A stretch of DNA of 64,000 bases from a virus, in IMG/VR virus record IMGVR_UViG_3300020183_000009. One strand, written 5' to 3'. Positions within the stretch are counted from its first letter, which is position 1. Each line of letters begins with the position of its first letter. The position numbers were made by a program, and so were the translations under genes. The notes below the pieces were generated by a model, which ran no database searches, was not told the DNA's origin, and saw only the letters and a program-made list of their open reading frames with translations. This document shows, piece by piece, positions 18,908 through 27,707 of this stretch.

Positions 18908-19342
18908 ATGAAATACTTAATCACAGAAAATCAGATGAAACCTATTCTTCATAAACTCCTTAATTCGGTTTTTAAGGGGTTTGATGATATCTATTATGAT
19001 TGGGCTAATTACAACTGTGGTATGGGTGTTTGTTGTGACCCATACGCTATAGGGTTTGTATTACCTAAAAATGATTACGATGATTATCTGTTTATGTTGG
19101 TCGACAATGAAAATTGGGAGCCTAACAGTAATTACCCTAAAGAATTAAGTGACGAATTACCTGAAATATGTTATGAATCGCCTGATATTAAAAATCCTGA
19201 CTTTAATTTGATTGTTTTTTATGAAGTCTTCTCCGAAGAGATTGAAAACTTTTTAGGTCCTCAAGACAATTGGAATTTTGAGTTAATTGATTTGATAAAC
19301 GAAATGTTTGGTTGTAATGCAACAAAAATAATCTTCATATGA
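18908..19342 (+). CDS. MKYLITE-leader acidic protein
   Basis: Leader; CGMGVCC cluster. Confidence 0.8.
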   Translation: MKYLITENQMKPILHKLLNSVFKGFDDIYYDWANYNCGMGVCCDPYAIGFVLPKNDYDDYLFMLVDNENWEPNSNYPKELSDELPEICYESPDIKNPDFNLIVFYEVFSEEIENFLGPQDNWNFELIDLINEMFGCNATKIIFI

Positions 19343-19650
19343 AGTATATCATAACTGAAAATCAACTACATAAACTGAATAAGGAAAATGTGAATCGCGG
19401 CAGATTCGGTCAACTTATAGAGGACATGGTTACTGAGTTCATTGGTCCTTCTAAAATTTGTGATATTGTAGCAATGTCATCCGAAATCAAAGGCGATAAA
19501 AAAAATTTTTATATAGTAGTTGTATTAACAAATAATTATGTTAGATATAATTTAAGTGGTGAAATTAGGAATTATGTTAAAACTTTTTTACCTGTCAACC
19601 TTTTTGTTAGTATCGATGAACGTACTTGTAATCCTCATGCTAGTTATTAA
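19339..19650 (+). CDS. MKYIITE-leader protein
   Basis: Leader; ATGA overlap. Confidence 0.8.
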   Translation: MKYIITENQLHKLNKENVNRGRFGQLIEDMVTEFIGPSKICDIVAMSSEIKGDKKNFYIVVVLTNNYVRYNLSGEIRNYVKTFLPVNLFVSIDERTCNPHASY

Positions 19651-19868
19651 GAATTAGAAATATCCTCAATATAAACTCTTCCCCCGAAATATTCTGATAT
19701 CACATATCTTCCGAGTGAATTCTCTCTGATTGTCATATAATGAAATCTATAGTCCTCACCAAATGTGTCAAGTCCGACCCATTTGATTTTGTTCTCTTTT
19801 ACTTCACAGTCAAGTGTTAAAGTTCTCTTGTTGTAGTATTTGTTGTTGATGTAAACTGTTGCTATCAT
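19647..19868 (-). CDS. Hypothetical early protein
   Basis: TATCTTTG promoter at 19886-19893; start MIATV. Confidence 0.65.
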   Translation of the reverse strand: MIATVYINNKYYNKRTLTLDCEVKENKIKWVGLDTFGEDYRFHYMTIRENSLGRYVISEYFGGRVYIEDISNS

Positions 19869-19981
19869 ATCTCTTATTGTTTCTACAAAGATACAACGCA
19901 AACAAAAAACCCACAACCTGTTAAAGTGTTGGTTTTATTTTACTAAATATAAAGTATTTATTGGTAGAGATATTTAATAGT

Positions 19982-20836
19982 ATGAAGTATTTTATTACAG
20001 AATCACATTTTAAAGAATATGTTCGTTTGTTATCTGAACAGGATGAACATGATTATTTAGATGATTATGATGATGAAGATTTTATTGAGGTTTTCTTCGA
20101 GTACTTCAGACCATGGGTAAAAACTAACCATGGTGAAGACGCTTCAAGATATCCAATGTCATACTTACTAAAAAAATACTTAGTGGAGTTTTGTAAATAT
20201 GTGGGAAGTGATGAAATTGATGATGATGATGATTATTGGTCATATACTCAATTAGAAAAAATTGGTAGGGAAATAGTTATTAGATTACAACATAAACTAC
20301 CTTCTCTATTACCGTCACATAAGTTTACTGAAAAATACACAAAACAAATAGATTTTATAATTAAAAATTTAAAGCTACCTTCTTGGTTGAATATATCGTT
20401 AACTGAGGAGAGACCTTATAATATCATAGTTAATTTTAAAATTGATTTTGATTTGTATTTAAAATCTGAAAATGATGATAGTGTTTATGATTATTTTGAG
20501 GAATTTAAATCTTATGTAAATCAATTTATGGGGTTTGAGGAAGGTAATCCTTCACATGGTCATATTAAGTTTGATAGTGATATAGAACTATTAAACAATC
20601 CTTTTAGTAATCCAAAGTTTGTTAAAGAGTTTAAATCCAAAATCAAATCTTTACCAGGTGGTGAAACAATACATATGATAAAAATATCTTACGACCAAAG
20701 TAGATTAAAAATCCATTTAAGTAGTAAAACTCGTCAATATATTAATTGGCCCGCAAGAGATAGATTCAGAAACATTGTTTATCAAATGTTAGAAAAAGAA
20801 GGTTATAATAAAGAAAAATTAAACATAACAATTTAA
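19982..20836 (+). CDS. MKYFITE-leader acidic protein
   Basis: Leader ...LLSEQ. Confidence 0.8.
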   Translation: MKYFITESHFKEYVRLLSEQDEHDYLDDYDDEDFIEVFFEYFRPWVKTNHGEDASRYPMSYLLKKYLVEFCKYVGSDEIDDDDDYWSYTQLEKIGREIVIRLQHKLPSLLPSHKFTEKYTKQIDFIIKNLKLPSWLNISLTEERPYNIIVNFKIDFDLYLKSENDDSVYDYFEEFKSYVNQFMGFEEGNPSHGHIKFDSDIELLNNPFSNPKFVKEFKSKIKSLPGGETIHMIKISYDQSRLKIHLSSKTRQYINWPARDRFRNIVYQMLEKEGYNKEKLNITI

Positions 20837-20842
20837 AATAAA

Positions 20843-21409
20843 ATGAAAAAGAATAAAATGTATTTAGCCAATTTACTTTCAGAACAAAGACATTTGTCAA
20901 GTAAATTAACATTAAGAGAACAAGATGAAAAAATTGTTGAGTCAAAGAAAAATGAAATAATTTCCACACTTGAGCAATTAAAATTAGCTCAAACAGGTAT
21001 GTTGGCGTCGATGAAAAAAGGTGAGATTGACAAACAAATAAAAGAGGTCCAATCTATCAACACTAAAAAAGTTTGTAATGGAAAAGAACTCGATGTTGAA
21101 ATATCTAAGAAGTTATCAGATGCCGAAAACAAACTTAAAGAATACGATAATCAGTTGGAGGATTGTAAAGAGGGTTGTAAATCAAAATTAAAAGCTCATA
21201 TTACATTTATTAGAGAGTTTTGTGGTAAACAAGGTTCTCAAGTCACTTCATCATCAACAACATTATCAAATAAAACAGGTAATGTTGCACCTCCACCTCA
21301 GATTGATAAGTCAACAACAGACACCTCAAAAAAATCTGATACAATTGTAAAAACTACAACGACAACCACAAGAAGTTATGGGGCAGGTTCTATTGAATCT
21401 TTTGTTTAA
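20843..21409 (+). CDS. Hypothetical protein (LSEQ/LREQ leader, Thr/Ser-rich tail)
   Basis: N-terminus resembles 697. Confidence 0.75.
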   Translation: MKKNKMYLANLLSEQRHLSSKLTLREQDEKIVESKKNEIISTLEQLKLAQTGMLASMKKGEIDKQIKEVQSINTKKVCNGKELDVEISKKLSDAENKLKEYDNQLEDCKEGCKSKLKAHITFIREFCGKQGSQVTSSSTTLSNKTGNVAPPPQIDKSTTDTSKKSDTIVKTTTTTTRSYGAGSIESFV

Positions 21410-21671
21410 CAACAATATAAGGAAGATTAATTTCTTTTTCAGATATGACAAACAACTCTTCAGGTATTAATTTTTTAAGTGTTGAGTTTAGATTATAAAT
21501 AATATATTGTTTATAGTTTTGTCTTATGAATTTATTCAGAGCGTAAAGTTTCTCACTATTTTTATAGTCAATTATGATTTCAATGTGGTATTTTTCACCA
21601 ACTTTTTCGATTGTAAAATTTTTTGTTTCGTAACCAACAATTGTTTTAATATTTTCTAATATTATACTCAT
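21390..21671 (-). CDS. Hypothetical protein
   Basis: TATATTTG promoter at 21676-21683. Confidence 0.6.
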   Translation of the reverse strand: MSIILENIKTIVGYETKNFTIEKVGEKYHIEIIIDYKNSEKLYALNKFIRQNYKQYIIYNLNSTLKKLIPEELFVISEKEINLPYIVVKQKIQ

Positions 21672-21730
21672 TTTGCAAATATATAACAAAAAATTGGATT
21701 TTAAAAACTATTTATAATAAAATAATAATC

Positions 21731-22339
21731 ATGTGTTATACTAAAGAACAAATAGAAAAGGCCGTTAAATCTAAAGGATATAAATGGTTTGAAGACACGT
21801 CAAACAAAAGTTATGATGTGAATATTGTAGGTGTGAGAAATACTTCACCTGCAGTTTATAAAAAAGTTACAAATGTTTTTGATGATTGTCTTACGATATC
21901 TTTCAAAGATGAAAAAGGTTTATGGCAATTTTATTGCTGGATGGCCACTTGTGACCCAGGTAAAAAAGGAGTTCAACAGTTTCATAATAAAAAAGGGGTG
22001 GCAAGATTAATTCCTGGTCAATACAGAACAACATACGCGGTTGATAAACACCAAGGTAAATACGAAGCCCTTTGCCAAAGACTTGGTAATGTTAATGTTT
22101 GGAGAGATGGTAATAGAGATTTAATTTTTGAAGAAACTGTGACAGATACTGGTATGTTTGGTATTAATATTCACAAGGCAGGTTTAGATTCAACTTGGGT
22201 TGAGAATTGGTCCGAAGGATGTCAGGTATTTAAACGTGTGAAAGACTTTGATGTATTTATGTCGATTTGTAGAAAAGCGGCTAAAATACATGGAAATAAG
22301 TTTTCATATACTTTATTAGAATCAACTGATATTAAATAA
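21731..22339 (+). CDS. L,D-transpeptidase (YkuD)-like cell-wall enzyme
   Basis: GINIH...WSEGCQV (H..SxGC). Confidence 0.6.
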   Translation: MCYTKEQIEKAVKSKGYKWFEDTSNKSYDVNIVGVRNTSPAVYKKVTNVFDDCLTISFKDEKGLWQFYCWMATCDPGKKGVQQFHNKKGVARLIPGQYRTTYAVDKHQGKYEALCQRLGNVNVWRDGNRDLIFEETVTDTGMFGINIHKAGLDSTWVENWSEGCQVFKRVKDFDVFMSICRKAAKIHGNKFSYTLLESTDIK

Positions 22340-22365
22340 AAAATGGGGGTTATAACCCCCATTTT
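22340..22365. terminator. Bidirectional terminator
   Basis: aaaatgggggt-tata-acccccatttt. Confidence 0.85.
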
Positions 22366-22855
22366 ATTTTACTTTTACACAGTTAGGATATCGTTTACCA
22401 AACATTGTTTTCATTCCTTTTTGAGTATAACCTTTCCAACATCGTTCATTGATTTCAATTCTGTCGTTATTTTCAGATTCGTTTTTTCTTGTGTTATTTT
22501 GATTATTGATTAAAACACGGATATTATTTCCAATAATTTGTTTTGTTTTCCATTGAAGTTGTATTTCAAAATCAGACAAGTCTTTATACTCCCTAATATA
22601 GTTGTAGTCAACATCAATTTTTATAAGTAAAAAAGAATCTTCTTTAGTTGTTTGTGTTTTTACAAAAACTTTTTGGACATCTACAACTTTTATTTTTTCT
22701 ATTACTTCAACTTCTTCACAAGTATAAGAATTAAGATAATAATTTTCACAATCTTCCTTCAAGTCTTCAAAAGCCATATCAATAAGACTTTGCATGGATT
22801 CAAAATTTGATTCCAATAACATTTTATACTGATTCTCTGTTATTATTATTTTCAC
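22364..22855 (-). CDS. IIITE-leader protein with C-terminal CWKGY..PNCVK module
   Basis: Probable GTG start overlapping the upstream TGA; body resembles the C-domain of 17658. Confidence 0.75.
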   Translation of the reverse strand: MKIIITENQYKMLLESNFESMQSLIDMAFEDLKEDCENYYLNSYTCEEVEVIEKIKVVDVQKVFVKTQTTKEDSFLLIKIDVDYNYIREYKDLSDFEIQLQWKTKQIIGNNIRVLINNQNNTRKNESENNDRIEINERCWKGYTQKGMKTMFGKRYPNCVKVK

Positions 22856-23181
22856 CAATTAAAGTTTTTTAATTCATTATACTTATCCCTTATTCTATCT
22901 ATATACATGTCCGTTAAATAATTTCTCACACCACCATAATCAAAATCTCTTGACCCCCAATTTGATAATTTACCATGGAGGTCGTCCATTAACACGTTCA
23001 TAACCAATTCCCTAAACTCTTTCATTTTAAGTAGTGGATATCTTTTAAAAAAATCTTTGCCGTAAATAAAACCTTCTTTTAACCCTTCTTCTATCTCTTC
23101 CTCAGTAACTCTTCGTCTAAGAAATAAACCTGCTTGGGTTTCTTCTTTTAATATTCTTCTTATTGATTCTTGTAAGTTCAT
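22852..23181 (-). CDS. MNLQE-leader protein (IRRR family)
   Basis: MNLQESIRRILKEE..FLRRR. Confidence 0.8.
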   Translation of the reverse strand: MNLQESIRRILKEETQAGLFLRRRVTEEEIEEGLKEGFIYGKDFFKRYPLLKMKEFRELVMNVLMDDLHGKLSNWGSRDFDYGGVRNYLTDMYIDRIRDKYNELKNFNW

Positions 23182-23597
23182 ATGTAATAAATGTCTATTA
23201 TTTCCACATTCTCAAAATTAGATATTGTAATCTCATATTCAAATGGATTCATCACTCTTGTTCTTATTGTTTGTTCAATATCTATTGAATCTTGGTTTAA
23301 GATTAAACCAACAAATATTTTATTACCAAACCCTTCCGCAACTCTTATATCTGTCGACCAATGTTCTCCACTGTAATCATCTTTTGGATTTTTAGTGTTA
23401 ATACCCCTATAAACTTTTATAGGGTACTTAATATTTTTAACATAATTAATTTGTTTTTGAATTAATATTAAAGCTTCTTCTTCATCATACATTTCATCCA
23501 TAAAATCCATAACATAAAAATCCTCTAAATAATAATTAGGGTCATACACATCTAACTCTTCCCTTAATATTCTTCTTATTGATTCTTGTAATTTCAT
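23178..23597 (-). CDS. MKLQE-leader protein, putative ADP-ribosyltransferase (R-S-ExE)
   Basis: VYRG...WSTD..VA..F...EYEI. Confidence 0.6.
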   Translation of the reverse strand: MKLQESIRRILREELDVYDPNYYLEDFYVMDFMDEMYDEEEALILIQKQINYVKNIKYPIKVYRGINTKNPKDDYSGEHWSTDIRVAEGFGNKIFVGLILNQDSIDIEQTIRTRVMNPFEYEITISNFENVEIIDIYYI

Positions 23598-23657
23598 AAT
23601 TATTTAATCGGTTTTTTTTCGATTATCCTATTAAAATTTATACACATAAATACAATC

Positions 23658-23705
23658 CAACATCAAAATATAATAATCGTACAACATCAAAATATAATAA
23701 TCGTA
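23658..23705. repeat. 24-bp tandem duplication
   Basis: caacatcaaaatataataatcgta x2. Confidence 0.9.
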
Positions 23706-23713
23706 CAATCACT

Positions 23714-24292
23714 TTATTTATAATTCCTTAAGACTTTTTTAATATTTTCTCTTAAATGATTTGTATCTTCATTTCCTTCAGTTTCGTATTTCTCACCTGT
23801 CTTAGCATCAACAATAATTGTTCTGCAAGGTAGTGTGTCAGCCCACTCTTTAAATCTAACCAAATGTTCATCTCTATCATCATACATTACATATAATTCA
23901 GGTCTTAATTCATCTATGAATCGAGTGAATAAATCTCTTTTAAAGTGAAAAGTATCGGTACCTGGGTTTAAATGAATTTCTTTAAACACTAAATCATTCG
24001 AAAGTAGAATATCCTCCACCTCAGCTCTAAGTGGTTCTATTCTACCTGTTGCCAATACAACATAATTCTTAGGGTCCGAAATGGCTTTCAAATATTGTTT
24101 ATAAATTGGTGGGTTTAGAGGGATATCGAATACCTCAGTATCTAAACTTTCTCTTTTTGACCACCATCCTCTATGTGGCCATTTTTCACCTGTTGACCTT
24201 TCCCATATTTCCTTACCTTCATTTGGTAATGGGGTTTTGAACAGGGTGTCGTCAAAATCAAATGTTATTAATCTTTTATATTTCATACTCAT
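23714..24292 (-). CDS. HAD-superfamily phosphatase
   Basis: FDFDDTLF, LATGR, FK, YDDR. Confidence 0.85.
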   Translation of the reverse strand: MSMKYKRLITFDFDDTLFKTPLPNEGKEIWERSTGEKWPHRGWWSKRESLDTEVFDIPLNPPIYKQYLKAISDPKNYVVLATGRIEPLRAEVEDILLSNDLVFKEIHLNPGTDTFHFKRDLFTRFIDELRPELYVMYDDRDEHLVRFKEWADTLPCRTIIVDAKTGEKYETEGNEDTNHLRENIKKVLRNYK

Positions 24293-24684
24293 TAATACGA
24301 TTTATTAAACATACAATCAATACCTACTTCTAACTCACCATCTTCAAAAATTGAGAAATGTAAGTCATGTAGTAATACTCCTCCTGTAAAACTTATGGTT
24401 TTATTATCGACAGGTCTAACCAATAAACCCTCTTCATTAAATGCCACTCTGTCCAAAATTTGGTGTATTTTTGTTTCAATATTGTCTAATAAAGATACCA
24501 TTGATGAAAAGTCATCATCAGCGTATACCGTAAGTGTTAAAGTTAATATTACAGTGGTCAATTTACTGTTATGCACTTCCGAATCCGCAAGTTCAACTTT
24601 AACATCATTATAAAAACCTGACTCAGAAATATAAATCAAGTTTTTTATTTTTGGTAGTTGGGTTTTTAAAGTTTCTTTTAACAT
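24292..24684 (-). CDS. Hypothetical protein
   Basis: 130 aa, coupled to the HAD gene. Confidence 0.7.
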   Translation of the reverse strand: MLKETLKTQLPKIKNLIYISESGFYNDVKVELADSEVHNSKLTTVILTLTLTVYADDDFSSMVSLLDNIETKIHQILDRVAFNEEGLLVRPVDNKTISFTGGVLLHDLHFSIFEDGELEVGIDCMFNKSY

Positions 24685-24732
24685 ATTTCTTTTATTTATC
24701 TCTTAATATTCGTTTAACTATTGGATAAGTTA

Positions 24733-25077
24733 TTAATTTTCCCCCATTATACCATCAATAAAATATTTTATTGTTCTGATAACTTTTTGTCTATCGGTAT
24801 TTAAGACATTTGGGTCATACCCTGCGAAATTAATTTGATTATTTTCTTCTAACATATTCATTATCCTAAATTTCATTTCTTTCTTTGACATGAATGAATT
24901 AATATTATACCAATCCCCGTCAATATTGAATGATGCGGTTTTAACAATTAAAGGTTTGTCATCACCAAAACTCAAATCTTTGGTTTCAAGATTAACCCTT
25001 CTTCTTAGATAATTGAGGAGTCCTTTATCTAAATCTTCAGTCTCTTCTTTTAAAATATTTTTTATTAAATTTCTCAT
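24733..25077 (-). CDS. Leader-variant protein (MRNLIKNILKEE, LRRR)
   Basis: Leader similarity. Confidence 0.75.
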   Translation of the reverse strand: MRNLIKNILKEETEDLDKGLLNYLRRRVNLETKDLSFGDDKPLIVKTASFNIDGDWYNINSFMSKKEMKFRIMNMLEENNQINFAGYDPNVLNTDRQKVIRTIKYFIDGIMGEN

Positions 25078-25084
25078 AATATTA

Positions 25085-25840
25085 TTATCCCCATTTTTTA
25101 TTAAACATTTTTTCCATACCTACTGTCATGTCTTCATAATCTTTAGGTTCAACCATTCCATGACTTACATTAACTAAATGTTTTGCTTTAGCGTTGGTTA
25201 CACAACCGTGTTTGATAAAATTCTTTTCAAGTTTTTTAGCGTAGTCCGCATCTTGGTATAGGAAAGTAAAATCTTCGTCAAATTTACCAATAATATCTAA
25301 CACTTTTTTATTTAATAATATCGACCACCCAACAAGTTGTTTCATTATTTCATAACCGTAATGAATATCTCTATCAAACCCCATATCAGTTTGGTATCCA
25401 CTGTCATCATCCATTGGTGACATAGATAATAATTGTGGGTCTTTTTGATGTGCCATCATCATATTATCAATAAAGTTTCTTTTATAGATTGTATCATTAT
25501 TAGTAATTAAAACCCAATCATTTTTACAAAAGTTCAAACCAATATTTAAAAATCTATTATAATTAAATTTTTCAAACGGTTGGATTACTGTTACATTTGG
25601 TTGAGGATATGTGTGTTTTTTTTCAGTATCTGTTTCAACCAATACAATATTAAATTTATAATCTTTGGAGCTATTATTTATACTTTCAATACAATTGATA
25701 TTCATTCCTCTTATTGAGGGGTCTTTGCAATATGAAAGTATTATCACATCAATCACAGGTTTTGGTTTGTAGATATTTTGAGAAACTCCCATAATATCTA
25801 ACATTCGTCTTATATCTTCCTTAATTACTCTTTCACTCAT
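25085..25840 (-). CDS. Glycosyltransferase family 2 with leader-like N-terminus
   Basis: IDVIILSY, NYNRFLNIG, ITNND, FDEDF..QDADY. Confidence 0.8.
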   Translation of the reverse strand: MSERVIKEDIRRMLDIMGVSQNIYKPKPVIDVIILSYCKDPSIRGMNINCIESINNSSKDYKFNIVLVETDTEKKHTYPQPNVTVIQPFEKFNYNRFLNIGLNFCKNDWVLITNNDTIYKRNFIDNMMMAHQKDPQLLSMSPMDDDSGYQTDMGFDRDIHYGYEIMKQLVGWSILLNKKVLDIIGKFDEDFTFLYQDADYAKKLEKNFIKHGCVTNAKAKHLVNVSHGMVEPKDYEDMTVGMEKMFNKKWG

Positions 25841-25983
25841 CTCTTACAAAATATGTCTTGGATATCATGAAAATATGTATCTAAAGTATCTAACTTTGTT
25901 GGTAATCGGTGCTCATCACTCTTTAATTTTTCAAGTACCTTATTAGATTCTTCTCTTGATGTTTTCCTGATTAAGTTTTTCAT
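25837..25983 (-). CDS. 48-aa leader-variant peptide (not in track)
   Basis: MKNLIRKTSREE...FCKR*; ATGA overlap; TATTTAT upstream. Confidence 0.55.
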   Translation of the reverse strand: MKNLIRKTSREESNKVLEKLKSDEHRLPTKLDTLDTYFHDIQDIFCKR

Positions 25984-26020
25984 ATTTAATAAATATCGTA
26001 TTCAATACAATATTCAAATA

Positions 26021-26050
26021 AAAAAAATACCCGAGTGGTGTTCTCGGGTT
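26021..26050 (-). terminator. Intrinsic terminator
   Basis: acccgag..ctcgggt stem followed by U-tract on the minus strand. Confidence 0.75.
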
Positions 26051-26057
26051 CAGGATA

Positions 26058-26210
26058 TTAATTCCAATCTTTTCTATGTTTAGTCTTTCTTGAGTAGACG
26101 TTTTTCGGAGTCTCAGTTCTAGACACGAATCTTCCATCGAAGAAACCAGCTTGTAGTTGGTCTTGTCTGATTTGAGTTCTTTTCATTTTGTGTTGGTCGT
26201 AAGTTTTCAT
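26058..26210 (-). CDS. 50-aa basic peptide, ArfA-like (not in track)
   Basis: MKTYDQHKMKRTQIRQDQLQAGFFDGRFVSRTETPKNVYSRKTKHRKDWN; own TATCTTTG promoter (26254-26261) and terminator. Confidence 0.6.
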   Translation of the reverse strand: MKTYDQHKMKRTQIRQDQLQAGFFDGRFVSRTETPKNVYSRKTKHRKDWN

Positions 26211-26309
26211 CGTCTAATATTTTAAAGGGTTTGTATCTATCGGTTTTGTTATACAAAGATAATGCGTTTCGAGTTATCTGCCAAATGTTTTTTAATATAT
26301 TTATTAAAT

Positions 26310-26900
26310 ATGGAACATTTAATCAAAAAGATTATAAAGGAATATAGTAAAGATGATATAATATTACGTAGAGTAGGTTCAGTGGACCCTCTATATTTTA
26401 AAATAGTAGAGGAGAATAAGAAAAAAACAAAAATACCTATACCACCTCAAGCTAAACCTATTTTAGACAGATATATTTCAAAAATCAATCCATTTTACGG
26501 TACTTATAAAGATATAAAAAACAATAAGGAAGGTCAAATCAAATTCAATATTAAGTACGATACCCACTATTTAGAGAGACTTTTTAGGTTATCTGACCCT
26601 GAGTATCAGGAAGGTGGTAAATTATTTAATAAACAGATTACAAACCCTCAGTATTATGAAGGTATTGATTTCGTTAGAAAAGCTGCGGATAAATTTGCAC
26701 AACAAATATTCTTAGGTAACCTTGGGGATGGTGATATTGTTGAGGGGACTGCAATGTCTGATGGTAAATTATATAGTGTGATTATAAAAATGAATGAGTT
26801 TAAAGATAAAGAACCAACTTACACTTTATACTTAAAGACTCAAATGAAAGGAGCTCCTTTCTTTGGTAAGAGATATCAGAAAAAAATTAGATTAAATTAA
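26310..26900 (+). CDS. Leader-variant protein (MEHLIKKIIKE)
   Basis: Start after TATTTAT. Confidence 0.75.
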   Translation: MEHLIKKIIKEYSKDDIILRRVGSVDPLYFKIVEENKKKTKIPIPPQAKPILDRYISKINPFYGTYKDIKNNKEGQIKFNIKYDTHYLERLFRLSDPEYQEGGKLFNKQITNPQYYEGIDFVRKAADKFAQQIFLGNLGDGDIVEGTAMSDGKLYSVIIKMNEFKDKEPTYTLYLKTQMKGAPFFGKRYQKKIRLN

Positions 26901-26904
26901 AAAC

Positions 26905-27072
26905 CCCCACTTTTCAGTGAGGGAATGGTTCACTACCCTATCGCGGTGTACCTCAGCGGTTGGTTAGGGTCATCCAACTTACCCACTTAACTACCGTCAT
27001 TTGACGTACTCACTGCTCTGTTCTAAGACTCGGCTCGTTTGTTTTCGGTTAAGATTTAACTCTCTCAATTCA
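26905..27072 (-). ncRNA. Candidate small structured RNA
   Basis: TTTG-N20-TATCTTTG promoter (27079-27110), no substantial ORF, GC-rich stems ACCCTA/TAGGGT and CGTCA/TGACG, terminal hairpin. Confidence 0.45.
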
Positions 27073-27150
27073 ACAATACAAAGATATGGTTTTGTTTCCA
27101 TTCTGCCAAACAATTTGAGTATGATGAAGTTATAACTATTAAAAATTAAA

Positions 27151-27324
27151 TTAATTAATTTCTTCATTTTCTAAAATTTTAATAAAATTTTCAGATACTA
27201 TACATGTGGTTCCATTTGGTAATTTGTACTTTACCTTTTTCCCACCTAAAAAATGTAGGTCTTCTTTTAATTCAGCATCAATTATTTCATTCTCAACTAA
27301 AATTTTTATCTTCGTGTTTTTCAT
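27151..27324 (-). CDS. 57-aa hypothetical protein (not in track)
   Basis: MKNTKIKILVENE...EEIN*. Confidence 0.5.
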   Translation of the reverse strand: MKNTKIKILVENEIIDAELKEDLHFLGGKKVKYKLPNGTTCIVSENFIKILENEEIN

Positions 27325-27502
27325 ATTCCATTATTTTATCAGTAAAAATATTATTCTGAATATTATGTGTTCCTAAATTATATGTTATAAATATACCATT
27401 TTCAAATGACAATTTCAACATCAAAAACCCTAATTCAGATAAATAAATTTTTTCTAACTTACCAACACCTTTTGGTGTTTCTATTAATGGACTTTTAGTC
27501 AT
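27293..27502 (-). CDS. Hypothetical protein
   Basis: ORF in a co-oriented run. Confidence 0.65.
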   Translation of the reverse strand: MTKSPLIETPKGVGKLEKIYLSELGFLMLKLSFENGIFITYNLGTHNIQNNIFTDKIMEYEKHEDKNFS

Positions 27503-27520
27503 GTTACTCTATTATTATTT

Positions 27521-27706
27521 TTATTTTTTTTCTTTTGGTTTGATTAGACCAAGTTCAACTCTGTATTGATTCATTAAAACTCTGTCGTCATTATATTCAT
27601 CCCCATCACTGGCTTTATGTCCTTTGAATATTGCTGAAAGAATTTTGATTTCGGTTTGAATTATGAAATCAACTTTTTCTTGTTTCGTTAATTCTTTATT
27701 TTCCAT
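27521..27706 (-). CDS. Hypothetical protein
   Basis: Start moved to MENKEL. Confidence 0.65.
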   Translation of the reverse strand: MENKELTKQEKVDFIIQTEIKILSAIFKGHKASDGDEYNDDRVLMNQYRVELGLIKPKEKK

Positions 27707-27707
27707 A

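Noticed and set aside
6971-23597. CRISPR array or integron attC interpretation of the repeated ~40-nt sequence
   Set aside because: Repeats are in-frame coding starts separated by whole genes, are not palindromic, and no cas or integrase gene is present.
6971-23597. Diversity-generating retroelement
   Set aside because: No reverse transcriptase and no template/variable repeat pair with adenine-specific differences.
25943-26137. Track ORF 25943-26137
   Set aside because: Crosses a terminator; better explained by ORFs 26058-26210 and 25837-25983.
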